40,811 nt of DNA from a virus (taxonomy: Duplodnaviria > Caudoviricetes): positions 1 through 40,811 of the IMG/VR virus record IMGVR_UViG_3300024518_004288; one strand, 5' to 3'. Position numbers and translations under genes: made by a program. Below are positions 20,399-31,262 of the stretch, in pieces. Positions within the stretch are counted from its first letter, which is position 1; every line of letters begins with the position of its first letter. The notes beneath the pieces were generated by a model. That model saw only the letters and a program-made list of their open reading frames with translations, ran no database searches and was not told where the DNA came from.

Positions 20399-23300
20399 TT
20401 ATTGGTTACCACCGACAACGCCAGGCGCACTAATCGTATCCGCTGTTAGATTATCACCCCATCCAATAGCCTTGGTATCATCAAATGTAAATCCGGAATA
20501 GCTACTAAATGTATTAAGAGCAACCGTTGGGTGCTGAGAGCTAGTTGGTGGAGAAGGTATACTCGAGCCAGCATCCATGGTAAGAGTACCTTGCATAGAA
20601 TTACCAATTATAACTACACCTGGAAAGCTAGTGGCTGTTGAACTGAATTCCACGCCCGCACTACCAGTATTATTTGAAAATACAATAGTATTGAATCCAT
20701 GATTAACTGCAACCGCCGTACCAAATATCACTGCGCCATTAAAATTATTTCCAGTGAATGAAGCTCGCAAAAATTCTGCACTACCGGCTGCACTAGCTGT
20801 TGTAAATGAGACAGCCCCAGCAGCACTATTCCCAGAGAAAACTACGTTAGTAAGCGCCCGGATGAAGGGACTTCCCGGCTCGCTAACTGTAAGAGCAGTA
20901 AGACTATTTCCTGTGAAGGCAACATCATCCCATCCATCAGTACTAATGGTCCCGAAAAATTCATTACCAGAAATAGTTGTGTCAGCCACCTGGCCAGTAG
21001 TGCAGTCAAATGTACTCTCGAAGGAGTTTCCAGTAATAGTAGTAAGAGACACTGTGGCGGTATCGTTCGCATTGCTTCCAAGTGTGACAGCACCCAAAAC
21101 CGAGTTGTCTGAGATAACGCATGAATCTACTTTACCGAGAGTCACCGCAGACATAAGATGGTTGCCAGATATAGAGCACGCCGAAAGCCGCCCATACATT
21201 ATCAAATTGGTCCCCACGCGGTTGCCCGATATAGCTGAATCAGTAAATGTTTCGACATCGCCATCCCTAGATCCATTGCCGATGGTAATACCAATTCTAA
21301 ACTGGTTATTAGATATAATAGTATCATCCAAAGCTAGCCCTGATGCACCGCTCAAGCTAGACGCTATCGTCATCGCGGTTGAGCACACATTATCTGATAC
21401 TACAGAGCTTCTCATAACGTTGCCAGTTGTAGAGGTATGTGTTATGGTAACTCCCGCATTAAATACATTATGGCTAATGACAGAATCTAACACGGTCGCC
21501 TGACTGGCGGTATTTGCTGATGATATGGTGGTGGCACCATTTACAATATTTCCGCTCACAACAGATCTATACATTGCGTGCTTGGTCGCTGCAACGGAGC
21601 TATCGATATCTAAAGTACTAGAAATAGAGTTGTCTGAAAATGTGGAATGTCGCAGCGCCGCATCATTTGCAGCAGAGTCACCAGAAAAATCTATATCACA
21701 CACCTGAAAGGAGTTACCAGATATAGAAGTAAAGAAGAAAATATAGGCTGCTGTTAAGCTAGATGTAAATGCAGATGCGCCAGCCACAGTGTTATCATCT
21801 ATTGAGCACTCACTAAAGCGCGTGCTAGATGATATAGCACCAAGATAGTTATTACTAAGATTAAGATTATCGTGCAGGCCTGACCCCGTTGTAGAAAATG
21901 TACTACTTACATTATTGTCAACAAACGTTGTCCTAGTTGACGATGCTGGGAAGGTAACGGAAACCAGAATGTTCCCACTTATATTTACATTATCTGTTGT
22001 ATTACTTATTATTAGGGATCCCACGACAGAGTTACCAATAAAAGCAGTAGTACTTACTGATGATCCAGATAGTGTAAGCCCGCCTGTCGCGGAGCCAAAC
22101 CTATTTGAAGAAATAGTAGACGCTGCTATATCGCCACTAAATGTAGCCGACGGAGTAGCAGCACTAAACATAACATTTCCAGACACGCTGCACCTGGTAA
22201 CAGTGCCAGTTACAGTTACCGTTCCGTCTAAACTATTGTCTGAGATCACTGAATCGGTCAAAGCATCAAGGTCTGTAGTCGATTGCACTGCATTTCCAGA
22301 AATAACACTATCAGCAAGATCTGTAAAATTCATAGCGCCATCAACCTGATTCCCCGTTACATCGAAATTAACCCCGGTGCTTGATCCGGTGTAGGTTAGG
22401 CCAGTAAGTCGATTAGATGATATAGCTAGATTGGCGACTAACGTATTGCCGCTTATCGTTAACGTGCCAGTCAAAACATTATTCGATATAGAGCTATTAA
22501 AAAACGTAGGAGAGGATGCAGTAAGTCCAGCTGTTGATCTATTACCAGTGATAACAATATTACTAGCACTTGTTGCAGAAATTGTTGCCAGAGCACCCAA
22601 AACATTACTACCAAATATTAAGCCGTCTATAGAAGTTCCAGACAGAGTCGGGCCTCCAATAAATATATTATTACTAATATTACAATCAGATACTGTTATA
22701 GACGAAGCAAAAGAAACTATTGTATTACCAAGTATAGATGAATCTGCTATCGCGGCACTTAATACCAAGGCACCCTGAACAACATTATCATTGAACGTTC
22801 CACCAGACGCCATTCCACCAGCTAATGTTATTGTGCTTGCGCCAGTGCCCAACGTATTATCATTACACGCCGATGATAGTAATTGACCAAGTGTAACAGT
22901 TCCGCCGATTACATTACCACTGACATTGCATAGCGACAGCGCTCCACGCATAGTAATGCCGGCCATCGTATTATTGCCTATTGTGGATCCTAGGTATGAA
23001 GAGAGGGTATCTGATCTTCCAACCGGCCCTATCGTATTTGCGCCCGTAAACCTATTTCCACTTATTGTGGAATTAAGAATTATTGATCCAGCTGCAGATG
23101 TATTTAGCCCTGTACCCCACACTGATAAACCTGTAACAGAGTTATCAGAAATGGTTGACTCGCTAATTAAATCTGCACCAGTTGCTCCTCCGGAGGAATT
23201 ATTCATATTAAACGTTCCACCAAATTTATTTCCTGACACAGTGCTATCGAGTAGCGCAAATGTTCCTCCAGCCAATGTGACATTAATTGCCGTGTTATCA

Positions 23301-26300
23301 ATGATAGTATTATCAGACATTACAGAGTTATTAAAAACTATATCTGTTGAACTAAAATCAACAGCGCCGCCAAAAACATTATTGGAAATTGATGAGTTTA
23401 GTATTGTGGTAGAGCTTGACACAGATGTCGTTACTGAGAAATCTCCAGTAAAGTGGCAGCCTGTTATATTGGAAGATACGAGGCCAGTTGAGGTCTCTGG
23501 AATTGAAATTGTAGTTGAAACTATTTCACAATTTGAAATAGATGAGCTGACAAGTGCCCCAATAGTTACCACAGCACTCGTATTCTCTAGGTGGCAATTG
23601 CTAATGGTCGAAGATGTAAGGTCGGAAAATATTATGTCGGCGCTGGCACCAATTTCTATATTGTTTCCATCAAATACCGTATCGGTCATTGCTCCAAAAT
23701 TGCAATCCAAGGTTGCCGACGTAGATGAAAACAAGTTATTTGATATAACAGAATCAGCTATAGCTCCGGTTATATCAACTGGAGCAATGACGTTGCTCCC
23801 GACCATAGAGTTCCCACCAACGTTGCTTCTAGTAAGAGCCACTAGGGCAAGATATTCAGCTGTGTTACCAGATATCGTTGAGTCCGTAACTGTTCCGCCA
23901 ACAGTTACGAACTTCGTGACATTATTATTTATATTTGATAGTGTAACAGCTCCGGATATAGCTATGCCGCCGGTGGTCGAGAAGGTGAGATTATTATCTA
24001 TGCTGCTTCTGGTCGATAGACTAGTAATAGAAATCGAGCTAAGAGTGTTTCCAGTGAATTTAGCGTTAGTTAGTGTAGTAGCCGTCAGTACACCCATCCT
24101 ATTTCCGCTAAGAGCAGACGTAGTCCATGCCGTGCTAGAAAGATTTCCACTGAGGGTATTATTAGAAAAAGTTGACCCAATAAAAGAAGTAAAGACAACC
24201 GAATTACTACTATCAGAAAATCCCCCAAGTATAGTATTCGATGTAAATGTAGAATTAGTTATTGTAGAATTAAATACTACATACCCGTCAACAGCGTTAT
24301 CAGTAAAAGTAACATTCTCAAAATCAGAATCGAATGTCCACCCGAACTCGTATACATTGTTGCCATTAATAGTCGCTTGAGCTATATCGCCAGTAAACCA
24401 TCCAGACGACATTAGGTTATCAGAGCACACTAGGTTTTCTTGCGTGGCACTCAACCTAAGTGTATCGTATACGCTGTTGTTGCTTATCTGAGAGTTTGTG
24501 CTGCTAACCCCAACGAATGTCAGTGGGCCGTCTACTACATTGTCGCAAATAGTAACTCGGTTTGCATCACTGGCTGCCCCTAGAACATAACTGGTGGAGT
24601 CATCATATATGCTTATTCGACTACCAGCAGCGTATAACTTATTACCGCAAACAGACAAACCAGAAATATCATACACTCTAGTCGTAGAAGTTGGATTTGG
24701 CGTAAACAGAACACCGATTATGCCGGCATCTTCAAAAACATTGTTATCTATCTGCACATCTTGCAGAATGAGAGCTGAGGCAGATGTATTCACGCTCGGT
24801 TGAATTATGATATACCCATCATCTCCACGAATACTATTTCCATTAATAACTATATTGGACAAAATAGTATCAGCCGCCAATGCAGCATTTGGGCTGTCCA
24901 GCAGGGATATATAGGATAGCCTGTTATTAGAGATGTTTATATTGCTAGCATCTACTGGATCAACGAATAGGCCGCGGCCTGCTGTTATAAAGGTGTTGTT
25001 CGTAAATCTAACACCCTCTTGCACAGATATCTGCTGAGTATTTCTTATTCTAACATTACCTGCGAATGAGTTACTATCAATAACTACATTTTCCAAAGTA
25101 GTAAGTACAGGGCTTCCGCCTGACAGTATAGTATCTCCGAACACCATAGCTTCTTGTAGGAATGAATCTCCAACAAGGTTATTGGTTATACGTAGATTCG
25201 AGTAAGTAAGACTACCAACAGAGCTTTCTGTTTCAGACGCAAACACTATGGCGAGATCTACTATGTTGTCGCTAATCTTTATGTTGTGCAAGCGGTGAGC
25301 GCCAGAAGACGACAACGAATTAGACAATACCAGTTCATCATGAATTTTGTTATTAGATATATCAAGATTTAGTGCAGTAAGGTCGCCAGTGCTGCCGTTG
25401 ATAGAAAATCTAGTTACACCAGAGCACTCGTTTTGTGAAAAGCTAAAGTCGGCAACTCGGCCTAATAACTCAAACATATTTGTTTGGTTGGTAGAGAATC
25501 TACTGCTAGACACATATCCATCCAAAGATACATCCGACATTAGGTTCTCAGAAATCGTACTGTTGCGAACACCTCCTGCGCCGGCAGTAAATGGCCCAAG
25601 CGTGTTATTTGTAGCGGTTGACTCTCTTAGTCCATATACATTGAAGCTTTGGAAATCTTTATTGTTCGACATATATAACCGATCAACCACGGTTCCTGTG
25701 TTGATATCAATGTCAGCCTGGCCAGACACATAGCTATCTGCTATGTCCATTCCATTGATTTTATCTATCACTTCTCCAACAAAATCAATAGCGGCAGACT
25801 CGCCGATGAAGCTATTTCCAATAATTTTGAAATTGTCCAGGGTTACATTTCCGCTCGATGAGATTTCATCCAGGTAAGTTACCCGTGCCGAAGTTGAGAA
25901 TGGTCTAAACACATTGTCCTTTATCGTAACGTTTCTATATACATTGTCAGAGCTTGCTGAATTCAGTGGACGAATACCTATAGCTGGCTCTAGATTGGAA
26001 GTCCAGAAATGATTGTCCTCGATAGTAATATTATCTAAGTGCTCTTTTGCACTAGTTGCGCCGATCTCTACAGACGCCCTAGATGAACCAAAGTCAGCTC
26101 GGCCAAATATACTTACACCCTTTATGGATGAGTTATCGCCTTGCATTCTAAACGCCGGAGCTGTTCCTGGTTTTGTAATAGAGGCATTATGACTGAGGCC
26201 CAAAATATTAACATTGGCTGGAACGTTAACAGTGCTTACGTAGTTGTAATTACCTTCTTTTAAGAATACCGTTCCACCAGAAGGGGCTAATGAATCAATG

Positions 26301-27157
26301 GCCCGCTGCATAACTGTACTAGTTGGTCCATAGAAATTACCATAGCTATCGTATCCATCACCAACTATTGCTAGGCCTACTTCATCGCCGTCCAATAGAG
26401 ACGGACCAGTATAACGATAGAACGTTGCAAACAGAACAAGCCTACCTGTAGCACTACTTACTGTATTTCCATTTATATCGCCGTATACATTATTCGGGTT
26501 GAACACGCCCGTTGTACCATTAAGCGGAGCGCCCGACAATCTAACTATACCGTTGGCATAGTCTACAGTCCATCTAGCGTCAGAGCCAACACCATTAACA
26601 GCAGTTGGATCCGCCGTAACAGGTATGGGGCCATATGAGTCGTAGGCATCTAACGTGCCTCCATCATCAATGGCTGGGAATAAGGCTAGCTCAAACCCGC
26701 GTGTATTAGGATCATTGTCGTCAGCATTTGTTCTGTTGGGGGATAGATCAGGTGGGACCAGGTGCCTAATTCGCACGGCCTCAATATCAACTGGATCGTC
26801 AGATACTGGTGCAAAGCGAACGGCTACGAATGTTTGAATTGAATTTGGGCCGGAAGTACCAGACGTAATAAGCGGATGCAATCGCACACGAATACTTCTA
26901 GTTGCTACAGCAAATGTGTTGCCAAAGAACGCATCGCCCTCATAACCATCAATGTCATACCCATCACCGTAATCAGGTGAGGCGAAAGAAGTGTCAGCCG
27001 TAGGAGTCTCGCTCCAAAAATCTCTACGCAAAAGAATTTCAGAGTTACCAAATGGCTCCTCTATTGCCGAATTTCCAGACCCCAGAGTATTAGCTTTACG
27101 CAACTCATGTTTATCTGACTCTGCAATTTTCTCTTTTTCTAGATTTGTAGTTGGCAT
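20399..27157 (-). CDS. Giant parallel beta-helix virion protein (tailspike/fibre-like, 2252 aa)
   Basis: Beta-helix cap AIDSLAPSGGTVFLKEGNYNY...VPANVNILG, followed by about 1900 aa of Ser/Thr/Asn-rich S-x-(I/V/F)-S-x-N turns. Confidence 0.75.
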   Translation of the reverse strand: MPTTNLEKEKIAESDKHELRKANTLGSGNSAIEEPFGNSEILLRRDFWSETPTADTSFASPDYGDGYDIDGYEGDAFFGNTFAVATRSIRVRLHPLITSGTSGPNSIQTFVAVRFAPVSDDPVDIEAVRIRHLVPPDLSPNRTNADDNDPNTRGFELALFPAIDDGGTLDAYDSYGPIPVTADPTAVNGVGSDARWTVDYANGIVRLSGAPLNGTTGVFNPNNVYGDINGNTVSSATGRLVLFATFYRYTGPSLLDGDEVGLAIVGDGYDSYGNFYGPTSTVMQRAIDSLAPSGGTVFLKEGNYNYVSTVNVPANVNILGLSHNASITKPGTAPAFRMQGDNSSIKGVSIFGRADFGSSRASVEIGATSAKEHLDNITIEDNHFWTSNLEPAIGIRPLNSASSDNVYRNVTIKDNVFRPFSTSARVTYLDEISSSGNVTLDNFKIIGNSFIGESAAIDFVGEVIDKINGMDIADSYVSGQADIDINTGTVVDRLYMSNNKDFQSFNVYGLRESTATNNTLGPFTAGAGGVRNSTISENLMSDVSLDGYVSSSRFSTNQTNMFELLGRVADFSFSQNECSGVTRFSINGSTGDLTALNLDISNNKIHDELVLSNSLSSSGAHRLHNIKISDNIVDLAIVFASETESSVGSLTYSNLRITNNLVGDSFLQEAMVFGDTILSGGSPVLTTLENVVIDSNSFAGNVRIRNTQQISVQEGVRFTNNTFITAGRGLFVDPVDASNINISNNRLSYISLLDSPNAALAADTILSNIVINGNSIRGDDGYIIIQPSVNTSASALILQDVQIDNNVFEDAGIIGVLFTPNPTSTTRVYDISGLSVCGNKLYAAGSRISIYDDSTSYVLGAASDANRVTICDNVVDGPLTFVGVSSTNSQISNNSVYDTLRLSATQENLVCSDNLMSSGWFTGDIAQATINGNNVYEFGWTFDSDFENVTFTDNAVDGYVVFNSTITNSTFTSNTILGGFSDSSNSVVFTSFIGSTFSNNTLSGNLSSTAWTTSALSGNRMGVLTATTLTNAKFTGNTLSSISITSLSTRSSIDNNLTFSTTGGIAISGAVTLSNINNNVTKFVTVGGTVTDSTISGNTAEYLALVALTRSNVGGNSMVGSNVIAPVDITGAIADSVISNNLFSSTSATLDCNFGAMTDTVFDGNNIEIGASADIIFSDLTSSTISNCHLENTSAVVTIGALVSSSISNCEIVSTTISIPETSTGLVSSNITGCHFTGDFSVTTSVSSSTTILNSSISNNVFGGAVDFSSTDIVFNNSVMSDNTIIDNTAINVTLAGGTFALLDSTVSGNKFGGTFNMNNSSGGATGADLISESTISDNSVTGLSVWGTGLNTSAAGSIILNSTISGNRFTGANTIGPVGRSDTLSSYLGSTIGNNTMAGITMRGALSLCNVSGNVIGGTVTLGQLLSSACNDNTLGTGASTITLAGGMASGGTFNDNVVQGALVLSAAIADSSILGNTIVSFASSITVSDCNISNNIFIGGPTLSGTSIDGLIFGSNVLGALATISATSASNIVITGNRSTAGLTASSPTFFNSSISNNVLTGTLTISGNTLVANLAISSNRLTGLTYTGSSTGVNFDVTGNQVDGAMNFTDLADSVISGNAVQSTTDLDALTDSVISDNSLDGTVTVTGTVTRCSVSGNVMFSAATPSATFSGDIAASTISSNRFGSATGGLTLSGSSVSTTAFIGNSVVGSLIISNTTDNVNISGNILVSVTFPASSTRTTFVDNNVSSTFSTTGSGLHDNLNLSNNYLGAISSSTRFSECSIDDNTVAGASAFTSSLTAAYIFFFTSISGNSFQVCDIDFSGDSAANDAALRHSTFSDNSISSTLDIDSSVAATKHAMYRSVVSGNIVNGATTISSANTASQATVLDSVISHNVFNAGVTITHTSTTGNVMRSSVVSDNVCSTAMTIASSLSGASGLALDDTIISNNQFRIGITIGNGSRDGDVETFTDSAISGNRVGTNLIMYGRLSACSISGNHLMSAVTLGKVDSCVISDNSVLGAVTLGSNANDTATVSLTTITGNSFESTFDCTTGQVADTTISGNEFFGTISTDGWDDVAFTGNSLTALTVSEPGSPFIRALTNVVFSGNSAAGAVSFTTASAAGSAEFLRASFTGNNFNGAVIFGTAVAVNHGFNTIVFSNNTGSAGVEFSSTATSFPGVVIIGNSMQGTLTMDAGSSIPSPPTSSQHPTVALNTFSSYSGFTFDDTKAIGWGDNLTADTISAPGVVGGNQ

Positions 27158-27169
27158 TTACCCAATCTC

Positions 27170-29806
27170 CTACGCTAATAGTTGTAGCAGTGTGATTATT
27201 TTCTGACGAGATGTAGATCTTTCTCCCGCGTCTTGACCAAAGTATGTTACTCGAACCGCGATGTTGTTTTCAGTATCGCCGTTATTTCTAGTACCGAACG
27301 TAAATGGAACAGTGAAATCTCCAGCTGAACCAGTAACTGCCCCTGACAGCGCACCATCGCCATCCTCAAAGCTTCCTGTACTGAACAGTCTGCCTATGTC
27401 CAACCATCCGGTGCCCGGCGTTCCACGTCCAGGAATTCTTACTTCAATTTTACCAAAGCGATCACGCTCGGCGGCTCTCTTAAACCTAATATCATCGAAT
27501 GATACCAAAGAGTTTCCACCACTAACGATGCGCAAGCTGCCGCTGCTAACGGCACGGCCTAGGGTAAACAGGCGTCGATATGTTTTGTCACCAGTTACTA
27601 CACTGTAATCTGTGCCAGATAGTTGTGGACCAGGACCGATTCCATTGCCAGTGGTATAATCATCTTGCGGGTAAATTAGACCAGGTGTATTAAACTCATC
27701 TGTAGTAAATCTGCCACCGCACTGCAAGCTTATAGATGCTAGAGCCGCATTGCTAGTAAAGCCAGGTGTAGTGTCCAGATCAGTGGGGCCATCAAAATTA
27801 TGTGTATCGTCTACACGTTGTGACTCGTCTGTAAACCACTCAGCAGTATCAGTAGCTCTGGTCGTACTAAAGCTATTGACTAGCACTCTGGTTATTAAAT
27901 CTGCACCATAGGCATCATACCCGTCGCCCGCACCAAAAGGATCATGCATTGTTGCCGTAACATGTGCGCGAGTACTAAATTGATTTGGAGCTGGATAAAT
28001 TCTGCGATCTTGCGGAGGAGTAAGGGCCGCTACAGCAGCAGCATCAACGGCAAAATAAAACGCTTGATCGGAGTGCCCTGGCAAATTAGCAGAAGAGAAT
28101 TGAGTATACCCGTCGTCTAATAGCTCGTCAACATCTACTTGTGCACCCCAGTACCCGTCGTCTATCCCATTAGGAAAATTAAATACATCGGTATCGAATG
28201 TTAATATGCTCTGCCTAACATATGTGCTATTGAACACATCGTTGTTACTTCGAAGCTCTACATCAAACTTGTGATCTGCAGTAGCACTATCAATGTAATA
28301 CTTAATGCCAGAAATGAATTTTCCAGTTGCCGGATTTATAGTGACCGGGCGCAAGTTTACATGCTCTACCACAGGACGCGTAGCACTATCATCAACAACG
28401 ATATTGGAGATTCTAGTCGGGTGGTGTCCCTCGCTAGACCCGGAAACAGAGTCGTCTATCACACTAAACAAGTCCGTAGTTGCAGGCTGCCCAGTGAAAT
28501 CTGTAACGCCAGCAATATAGTGTAACACGCGATAAGCGCTTACTTCATTGTTAGCTTCTGCCTCAGTTGTATCAGCTGGAGCGGCTAGCTCTCCGCCAAC
28601 TATATCTGGGTTAGATACTGGTATGGCATAGTGGGCCACTTGAAGTCTGCTAAAGTCATTCTCATAATCATCAAATACGTTTTCATTATTCGCATTCTTA
28701 TTCAACAAACTATAGTCTTCTTTTACCGGGAACCTATCGTATAGCAGAATAGTGTCGAAACTAGCTAGTGACGGCGTATAAACCTGTTGTCCTGTAACTC
28801 GTGCAGCCTCTACAAAATTAGTACTCAAATCTAAAACAGCTATTGGAAAAAATGCCGAAGCACCTCTTAATTTTCTTTGTAATACTAGAGTTCCACGATC
28901 AGCTGGGAAAACTGCCCCACTAACCATAAACTGGAACCTACTAGTTCCGCCAACGCTTGATGATGTGCGGGTGATAAACTTTGTTGATTTAAAACCTTCC
29001 GAAGGTAAAGAGAAGAATCCATCCTTGGCATCGAGTGAATATATCGCAAAATCATCGCCTAACCCTGAAATAGCTACAGCAAACGAAGCAGACGTTCTGG
29101 CCACTCTAACGCGCTTGGTAGATGTGCCAGATTGCAACGTCGCAGTATCGCCGGCAGCCAAACTACTAACATCCACTGAGGCACCAAAGGAATCTCCCGG
29201 AGCGCGCCATCTGACTTGCTCTGTACCGACTCCTAGTGTTCCGCCATCAGAAAAGAACTCCAACCTAGCTCCATAGCCATCATCAGTGGTACTGCTAACC
29301 TCAGTTATCTGAATACCAGCTACGGCAGTCGGCTGAGTTCTTTTTAACACATTGGCAGTAGAGCTTACGTTAAATGCGAATTTAGTTCCATATCCGTCGA
29401 ACCAATCAGGGATACCGTCGTTAGGGACATTGGAATTGTCAGCGCCTATAACATCAGGCTGAGGAGGAACCAGAGCACCTAGCTCTTCTAGAATTCCTTC
29501 TACGTCGTCCTCGAAATAGTTATCTGGTGAATCTACAACTGATATGGCACTAGCGTCGTGAGCGTCTGTGGTATCGGCCAGGTGAGCCAATAGGAGTGCT
29601 CTGACGTCGCCTATCTCATCCAACCTGGCTCGGACGGTAGCAAACGTGCCAGAAGGTTGTACGCCCAGCTCGCTCTCGATTTTAACGATGGCGTCACGTA
29701 AACGATTATGGTCCTCAGCGCGTATCTCGTCAACAAGGTTACGCACCAGCGGTAATGTAGCATAGCCATCTAATCTTTCCGGATATACTGAAAATGAAGA
29801 AACCAT
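27170..29806 (-). CDS. Virion structural / appendage protein (about 878 aa)
   Basis: Start moved to ATG 29806 (GAGGA 6 nt upstream). N-terminal YPERLDG...HNRLRDAIVKIESELG is related to the 1707- and 1024-aa proteins. Contains the fibre-type AHDASAISV motif. Confidence 0.7.
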   Translation of the reverse strand: MVSSFSVYPERLDGYATLPLVRNLVDEIRAEDHNRLRDAIVKIESELGVQPSGTFATVRARLDEIGDVRALLLAHLADTTDAHDASAISVVDSPDNYFEDDVEGILEELGALVPPQPDVIGADNSNVPNDGIPDWFDGYGTKFAFNVSSTANVLKRTQPTAVAGIQITEVSSTTDDGYGARLEFFSDGGTLGVGTEQVRWRAPGDSFGASVDVSSLAAGDTATLQSGTSTKRVRVARTSASFAVAISGLGDDFAIYSLDAKDGFFSLPSEGFKSTKFITRTSSSVGGTSRFQFMVSGAVFPADRGTLVLQRKLRGASAFFPIAVLDLSTNFVEAARVTGQQVYTPSLASFDTILLYDRFPVKEDYSLLNKNANNENVFDDYENDFSRLQVAHYAIPVSNPDIVGGELAAPADTTEAEANNEVSAYRVLHYIAGVTDFTGQPATTDLFSVIDDSVSGSSEGHHPTRISNIVVDDSATRPVVEHVNLRPVTINPATGKFISGIKYYIDSATADHKFDVELRSNNDVFNSTYVRQSILTFDTDVFNFPNGIDDGYWGAQVDVDELLDDGYTQFSSANLPGHSDQAFYFAVDAAAVAALTPPQDRRIYPAPNQFSTRAHVTATMHDPFGAGDGYDAYGADLITRVLVNSFSTTRATDTAEWFTDESQRVDDTHNFDGPTDLDTTPGFTSNAALASISLQCGGRFTTDEFNTPGLIYPQDDYTTGNGIGPGPQLSGTDYSVVTGDKTYRRLFTLGRAVSSGSLRIVSGGNSLVSFDDIRFKRAAERDRFGKIEVRIPGRGTPGTGWLDIGRLFSTGSFEDGDGALSGAVTGSAGDFTVPFTFGTRNNGDTENNIAVRVTYFGQDAGERSTSRQKIITLLQLLA

Positions 29807-29842
29807 ACTCAATCCTCGATAACAGAGTTCAATTTATGCTCT

Positions 29843-29853
29843 TTTATTAGTAT
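29843..29853 (-). promoter_or_regulatory. Candidate late-promoter core (ATACTAATAAA)
   Basis: Intergenic; shares the TAYTAATA core with 9762-9772 and 36125-36135 but lacks the AGTATACC box. Confidence 0.35.
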
Positions 29854-29861
29854 ATTCATTC

Positions 29862-31244
29862 TTATATCGTCGCGTCGAATTGATACAAAACATCTGTACG
29901 ATCGTGCCGCCTCATACGAAATTCTTGCTTGCCTGTGTTCCCAAAGAACATCTTGTTGCGGGTAACATCCAATATCTCATAACGAAACTCTTCTATAAAA
30001 TTGCCATTAATATCTTGATCAAACCTTATGATTATATCTCTATCTTTAACAGTTGGGACAGTTATAGTCCACGCTGTAAGCTCAGAAGGATGCCTTAATC
30101 CCTGGTCTCCTACGCTCTCCAAATCATCAGAGTAAGGAGTAACTCTAACCAGTATCATTCCCTGGGTATTAGCGAATCTCTCAGAAATAGACCGCGCGTT
30201 TGTGTATCTATCATATCCTCCAGAAAACCCGGTGCCGAAACAAAATGCGCACCTGGTTCTAGGATTCTCTCTACGCAGCCCTATGCAGCGACAACGCTTT
30301 CCTGACCACTTCCGCCTAAGCAGAACAACCGGCTCTCCGGTCACCTGCAGCATGGAGTCTAATCTAGCCAGATTCCGGTCTTGGAAAAACAATCCACGGC
30401 CTCCATCAAACTCTCCGCCGACATAGCTATTAACACAGTCGCCACTAAACGTAGCTTGTAGGCTCGGTTTATGATATCCCTTGAAATCATACTCGGGGAA
30501 ATCAATATTCTCTGCATCTGCCGCCGAGAAGTCCGGAGTAATCACATCTGTTACGGCAGCTCGGTAGCCGTCGGGATCTACATTGACTTGATTTATTGCA
30601 GTCACATCTCTCGGTGTACCAAGAGACTCGTGCCAAGCAGCAGTTTCATTTAGTATAAGAGTATTGTCGTCCTCTAATCCGTGCCAAAGCTCTACAGAAT
30701 CGCCAATGTCGTGAGAAGCTATAGTCGTTTGGACCGCTCCTCGCTCTGAAGTCGTTACTGTGAAAAAAGTAGAGCCCTTGGACGAGTACTGCATTATCTC
30801 GGAGCCTATCTTTATAAAACCTTTGTTGGGGAAGTCTGAAGTGTCTGGGACTTCAATATCAGTACCATATGCATCTATGCTGCTTTGTAGTAGCTGATCC
30901 CCAGGATATTGGAATACGTCTGTATTTATTTGACCAAGTTCACCGATGTCAAACTCAGCAGGATCAAATTCGGTAGCTCGTATGGCAAAATAATATAGTA
31001 CGCCGGGATCAACATTGATAACAACTCGCTGAGCAGTTGTCACCGCTATTGGCGTCTGATTAAATACACCAACTCTAGAGGTAGAGTAGTATATATTGTA
31101 ATGAACTTGTGTTGTGGTTCCTGCTGGAGCAGCCTCACCCCAAGTCAGGCGCAAGCCCATCCCATTGCCAACGTCTTCAATTAATCGCAGGCCAAGTAAG
31201 TGCACCCAAGTAGGATGTGATCTGCAGGCAGCATCTGTTGGCAT
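29862..31244 (-). CDS. Putative head-closure (neck) protein with N-terminal FN3-like domain (460 aa)
   Basis: N-terminal LRLTW...HYNIYYST...LYYFAIRATE is FN3-like. C-terminal GEPVVLLRR...KRCRC...RCAFCFGTGFSGGY...AWTITVPTVKDRDIIIRF...FRYEI has the zinc-finger-bearing head-completion pattern seen in large myoviruses. Confidence 0.6.
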   Translation of the reverse strand: MPTDAACRSHPTWVHLLGLRLIEDVGNGMGLRLTWGEAAPAGTTTQVHYNIYYSTSRVGVFNQTPIAVTTAQRVVINVDPGVLYYFAIRATEFDPAEFDIGELGQINTDVFQYPGDQLLQSSIDAYGTDIEVPDTSDFPNKGFIKIGSEIMQYSSKGSTFFTVTTSERGAVQTTIASHDIGDSVELWHGLEDDNTLILNETAAWHESLGTPRDVTAINQVNVDPDGYRAAVTDVITPDFSAADAENIDFPEYDFKGYHKPSLQATFSGDCVNSYVGGEFDGGRGLFFQDRNLARLDSMLQVTGEPVVLLRRKWSGKRCRCIGLRRENPRTRCAFCFGTGFSGGYDRYTNARSISERFANTQGMILVRVTPYSDDLESVGDQGLRHPSELTAWTITVPTVKDRDIIIRFDQDINGNFIEEFRYEILDVTRNKMFFGNTGKQEFRMRRHDRTDVLYQFDATI

Positions 31245-31262
31245 TTGTTCACCCGGTTCATA

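Noticed and set aside
22926-24380. 484-aa plus-strand ORF, and the many other plus-strand ORFs such as 20754..21503 and 357..863
   Set aside because: Antisense shadows of long minus-strand genes with biased codon usage; no recognisable motifs.
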